This document shows positions 60,998-64,000 of a stretch of DNA of 64,000 nucleotides, piece by piece. The notes beneath the pieces are model-generated. The model made no database searches. It worked only from the letters and a program-made list of their open reading frames with translations, and was not told the origin of the DNA. Position numbers and translations under genes: made by a program. Every line of letters begins with the position of its first letter. Position 1 is the stretch's first letter. This DNA comes from an uncultured Chloroflexia bacterium (GTDB lineage Bacteria > Chloroflexota > UBA6077 > JACCZL01). The stretch lies in assembly GCA_963765765.1 (NCBI GenBank), contig CAVXYC010000014.1, positions 1 to 64,000 of the forward strand, read 5' to 3'.

Positions 60998-61444
60998 ATG
61001 ATGCTGTCCGACGCGCGATCCGTGCTTGTCGTCGATGACTTTGCTGACATCCGCGAGCTCCTGCGGCTCGCGCTAGAGGAGGAGGGCTACCGAGTGCGCG
61101 TGTGCGAGCACGGCGCCGCGGCGCTGGAGATCGTCGAGCGCGACACCTTCGGAGTGATTCTCCTCGACATCCAGATGCCTGTGATGGACGGTGTGGAGTT
61201 CGTCCGCGTGTATCGATCGCTGCCGGGCCATCAGGCGCACTTGGTGGTCATGACGGCCGGCCACAATGCTCGGCTCTACGCCGAGCGCGTCGGGGCCGAG
61301 CGTTATCTGGCGAAGCCGTTCGAACTGGACGAGGTCCTAACTTTGGTGGACGAGCTCTCCGACGGCGGCCACTGCTCGCACAGCGGGCGGCTCGGTGAGG
61401 AGCCCAACTCGAAGTTGTCGCTCGAACGACCGAACGGGGACTGA
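60998..61444 (+). CDS. Stand-alone response regulator receiver protein
   Basis: GGAG RBS; VLVVDDF, ILLDIQMPVMDG, MTA, KPFELD. Confidence 0.9.
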   Translation: MMLSDARSVLVVDDFADIRELLRLALEEEGYRVRVCEHGAAALEIVERDTFGVILLDIQMPVMDGVEFVRVYRSLPGHQAHLVVMTAGHNARLYAERVGAERYLAKPFELDEVLTLVDELSDGGHCSHSGRLGEEPNSKLSLERPNGD

Positions 61445-61914
61445 TTCCCGTGCCAGTCCCCAAAGCCAGCAGGCCTTCGCGGCCAGTGCTCGACGTCGAC
61501 CGGCGAGACGCGACTCACAGCCCGCGAAGCAGGCCGACTCATGCTCATATTGAATGTCGCCCAACGTCACGCGCACGGCCATCACGGCGTCGATATGATG
61601 CTTTCCATCGATGGTGACCGGCCCGACACTCTCGAAGGCCCGGCGCTGGTACTGCCAGTAGAGGTGATCAGCGATGGCGTCGACAGCGGCCCAGTCCACG
61701 GCCACCTCGTGCAAAATCCGAATTCGGTGAGACCCGCACAATGTGGGCCGTTGATCCGGATCGACGCCCACTGAGAGCCCATCTTAACTACTCCGGCTCG
61801 AATGCAGGCTCACCCACTCCGGATCGCGTGGACACCGCGCGTAAAAGCCCACGCTGGACTTGGCAGCGACGATCCGATCAGAATCGCAGCAGCACTGACA
61901 TCGTTACTGAAGTT

Positions 61915-62160
61915 ATGACTGAATCAGAAGTGATTCAATACATCGTCAATGCCTTCGAGGGCGTCGACACGGTGTCGTCATCTGGCGATACGTTCTTCTT
62001 CTACGACCCGCGAAGCGAACTTCCCGTTGACCACCGATTCCCGTTCGCAACGCTCGTGACGGGCGATCACTACGATACGGCTTTGAACCTCGGCCGCCTG
62101 TCAGTATTTCGACTCAACATTGGAGTGAGCGCAGAAACGTACCGCTCACTCTTCGGTGGC
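61915..62160 (+). pseudogene. 5' half of DUF6194-family gene, 3' truncated
   Basis: GDTFFFYDP, FPFATLVT.D.YD..NL.R..VFRLNIGVS..TYRSLFG, then resemblance ends. Confidence 0.65.
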
Positions 62161-62267
62161 GAAGAGATTCATCGCAAGTGTTGCCCGGGGACCAGCACTC
62201 AACTATATTGGGGCGGTCGCACAAGCCGACAGAACGCGGTGTGCGAGGGATACGGGGAGCGATAGAC

Positions 62268-63362
62268 ATGGCCGGCGGGATCCGAGTCGGAGTAGTGGGT
62301 ATCGGCTGGGGTGGAAACGTGCACGTTCCGGCCTTTCGGTCGGTGCCCGAGTATGAGGTCGCCGCGCTGTGCGGACGCCGAGCAGACCACCTCGCGGAGG
62401 TGGCCGGGCGTCTGGAGATCGAGGACACCTCGACCGACTGGCAGACCTTTATCCGGCGCCCGGACCTGGATCTCATCGCAATCGCGACGCCGGTAGACCT
62501 CCATGCGCCGATGGCGCTCGCCGCCATCGCAGCCGGCAAGCACGTGCTTTGCGAGAAGCCGCTGGCCGTCAACGCAGCGCAGGCCCTGGAGATGACACAA
62601 GCGGCCGAGGCGGCCGGCATCGCCAACGCGGTCGGCTTTGAAGCGCGCTGGCTGCCGGAGCGTATCGCCCTGGCAGAATTTGTCGCCGCGGGCGGCCTTG
62701 GCAGCCCCTTCCTCGTCCAGGTAAGTACAAATAACGGGGCCTGGCACCCCAGTGCGCCGGCGCCGGCCGACTGGAAACTCAGCGCGGACCAGGGTGGTGG
62801 GTATATCAATGCAATGGCCTGCCACGATATCGACCTGGTGCGGTGGCTCTTCGGCGAGCCCCTGGCCGTGGCTGCCGACACACGAGCGCAGATTGCGCAT
62901 CGACAGCTTCCTGGTGGCCGGGAGGTCGCGGTCGATACGGACGACACTGCCGGCATTATCCTCCGGCTCGACAGCGGTGCTCTCGCCATCGTGAGCGGAA
63001 CCGCGCTGAGCGCGCATGGCACCGGCTATCGTCTCGAAGCAGCCGGGTCCGCGGGTACGGTCGCCATCGACTCTGGCCAGGATGGCGTTCACGGATTCAC
63101 CGGCGCCGTCTCGGAACGACAAAAGCAACCGCTCGAGGTCAGTCAGCGGCAGCCCCGCGGATCCCTCGCCGTCGATTCGAACTACCCGTTTGCCCGCGTG
63201 GTTCGGGCAACGGCACTGATGCTCGAGGAGTGGCTGCCCGCATTCTCGGGAGCGCCAACGCCCGTGGCTTCGTTCAGGGATGGTCTGCGCATCCAGCAGC
63301 TCATAGACGCGGCCCGCGCTTCCTCGGCCGGTGCAGGCTGGGTGGACGTGTCTCCACACTGA
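62268..63362 (+). CDS. Gfo/Idh/MocA-family oxidoreductase
   Basis: IRVGVVGIGWG, IATP..LH, GKHVLCEKP, HDID. Confidence 0.93.
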   Translation: MAGGIRVGVVGIGWGGNVHVPAFRSVPEYEVAALCGRRADHLAEVAGRLEIEDTSTDWQTFIRRPDLDLIAIATPVDLHAPMALAAIAAGKHVLCEKPLAVNAAQALEMTQAAEAAGIANAVGFEARWLPERIALAEFVAAGGLGSPFLVQVSTNNGAWHPSAPAPADWKLSADQGGGYINAMACHDIDLVRWLFGEPLAVAADTRAQIAHRQLPGGREVAVDTDDTAGIILRLDSGALAIVSGTALSAHGTGYRLEAAGSAGTVAIDSGQDGVHGFTGAVSERQKQPLEVSQRQPRGSLAVDSNYPFARVVRATALMLEEWLPAFSGAPTPVASFRDGLRIQQLIDAARASSAGAGWVDVSPH

Positions 63363-63404
63363 GTCGGGTGAGCGCAGCTGGGATTGTCGCCAAGGGCTGA
63401 GCGT

Positions 63405-63618
63405 TAGCCCGGATTATTCACCGGTGGCTACGATTGACCGCTGGTCTCGCTGTCATCTTGAGGGACGAAGAATCTCCAGGATGTCGGTGCCCGCGAAGGG
63501 AAGCCAATGACCCCAGGCCCGTGATCGCGGTCGCCGATGTCCGTGCAGATCCTTCGTCCCTCAGGATGACAAGGAGACATGTACTCGATGACAAGAGACC
63601 GGTGAATAATCCGGGCTA
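63405..63618. mobile_element. MITE-like element with 21-bp perfect terminal IRs and a nested REP pair
   Basis: TAGCCCGGATTATTCACCGGT (63405-63425) / ACCGGTGAATAATCCGGGCTA (63598-63618); inner 25-bp IR at 63451-63475 / 63547-63571 with 2 mismatches. Confidence 0.75.
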
Positions 63619-63632
63619 GCGCTGCATCGGTG

Positions 63633-63850
63633 TCACTCGCTTGGCGAGCGACATGCCTGATCTAACGTCGCCAGAAGCCCGTCCAGCGAGTATGGCTTTT
63701 GAAGAATCAAGTCTGCGCCAACCGAGGGGCCGTCTGCTACGTCTCCGCTCATGAGTACGGTGACGATGTACGGATTGATCTGGCGGGCCTCGTGGATGAA
63801 CTCGCCGCCAGACATTTCCGGCATCTTCATATCAGTGAACGGCAATGAGA
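63633..63850 (-). pseudogene. C-terminal half of a receiver domain
   Basis: FTDMKMPEMSG, LMSG, LQKPY; N-terminal acidic pocket not found upstream. Confidence 0.7.
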
Positions 63851-63914
63851 AAGGCCGACCTGAGCGGCGACGCATTGAACACGCCAGCACGGATGCTCGG
63901 AAAGTCTTCGTGGG

Positions 63915-63974
63915 TTTACAGGGCGGATGGCTTATGAGTACAATGGTGATTAGTGAAAGGAGGTGGTGCTTATG
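63915..63974 (+). promoter_or_regulatory. Sigma70-like promoter, strong RBS and start of a gene running off the window
   Basis: TTTACA-N18-TACAAT, AAAGGAGGTG, ATG at 63972 (MSSHSTKGI...). Confidence 0.55.
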
Positions 63975-64000
63975 AGTAGTCACAGTACGAAGGGCATCTG

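Noticed and set aside
61337-61782. His-rich ORF 61541-61774 (+) and opposite ORF 61337-61771 (-)
   Set aside because: The plus ORF looks like an antisense shadow; the minus ORF may be a real fragment but has no recognisable motif or clear start
1-64000. CRISPR array, tRNA/rRNA, integrase, transposase, reverse transcriptase or defence system
   Set aside because: No regularly spaced direct repeats, tRNA T-loop/acceptor patterns or such protein motifs seen by eye; the repeats found are inverted pairs or coding low-complexity linkers

Overview
Bacterial, gene-dense window that looks like a long-read contig: many single-base frameshifts and a probable chimeric join. (1) 1-~3900: very GC-rich, Alphaproteobacteria-like segment with a Pat-type acetyl-CoA ligase/GNAT protein, a thioesterase and the 3' end of a PfkB kinase. 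It is fused mid-gene at ~3900 to the 5' end of a Rieske oxygenase from lower-GC DNA. (2) ~3900-45800: Chloroflexota-like catabolic region (lineage inferred from gene families and Pro/Ala-linker lipoproteins). It holds four paralogous LigXa/phthalate-dioxygenase-type Rieske oxygenases with no reductase, TctC and ABC binding proteins, FAH pair, GGT, CoA transferase, cupin, NHL protein, SDRs, LLM oxidoreductase, soluble acyl-ACP desaturase, an OmpR-type two-component system and several distinct REP/REPIN-like palindromes. (3) ~45800-64000: accessory, partly decayed region. It contains a thermitase-like S8 protease and a 1.5-kb collapsed fossil of the late flagellar operon (sigma28 promoter-flgM'-flgN-flgK'::'flgL-fliW'-csrA) in which csrA is still intact. 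It also has YsnF/YflT and YihY stress genes, small orphan ORFs several of which carry sigma54-like -24/-12 motifs at near-constant spacing, a secreted G/Q/N-rich protein, orphan receivers and a PAS kinase, gene fragments, and a MITE with a nested REP. No rRNA, tRNA or CRISPR array was seen. All product calls come from motifs recognised by eye, not database searches.
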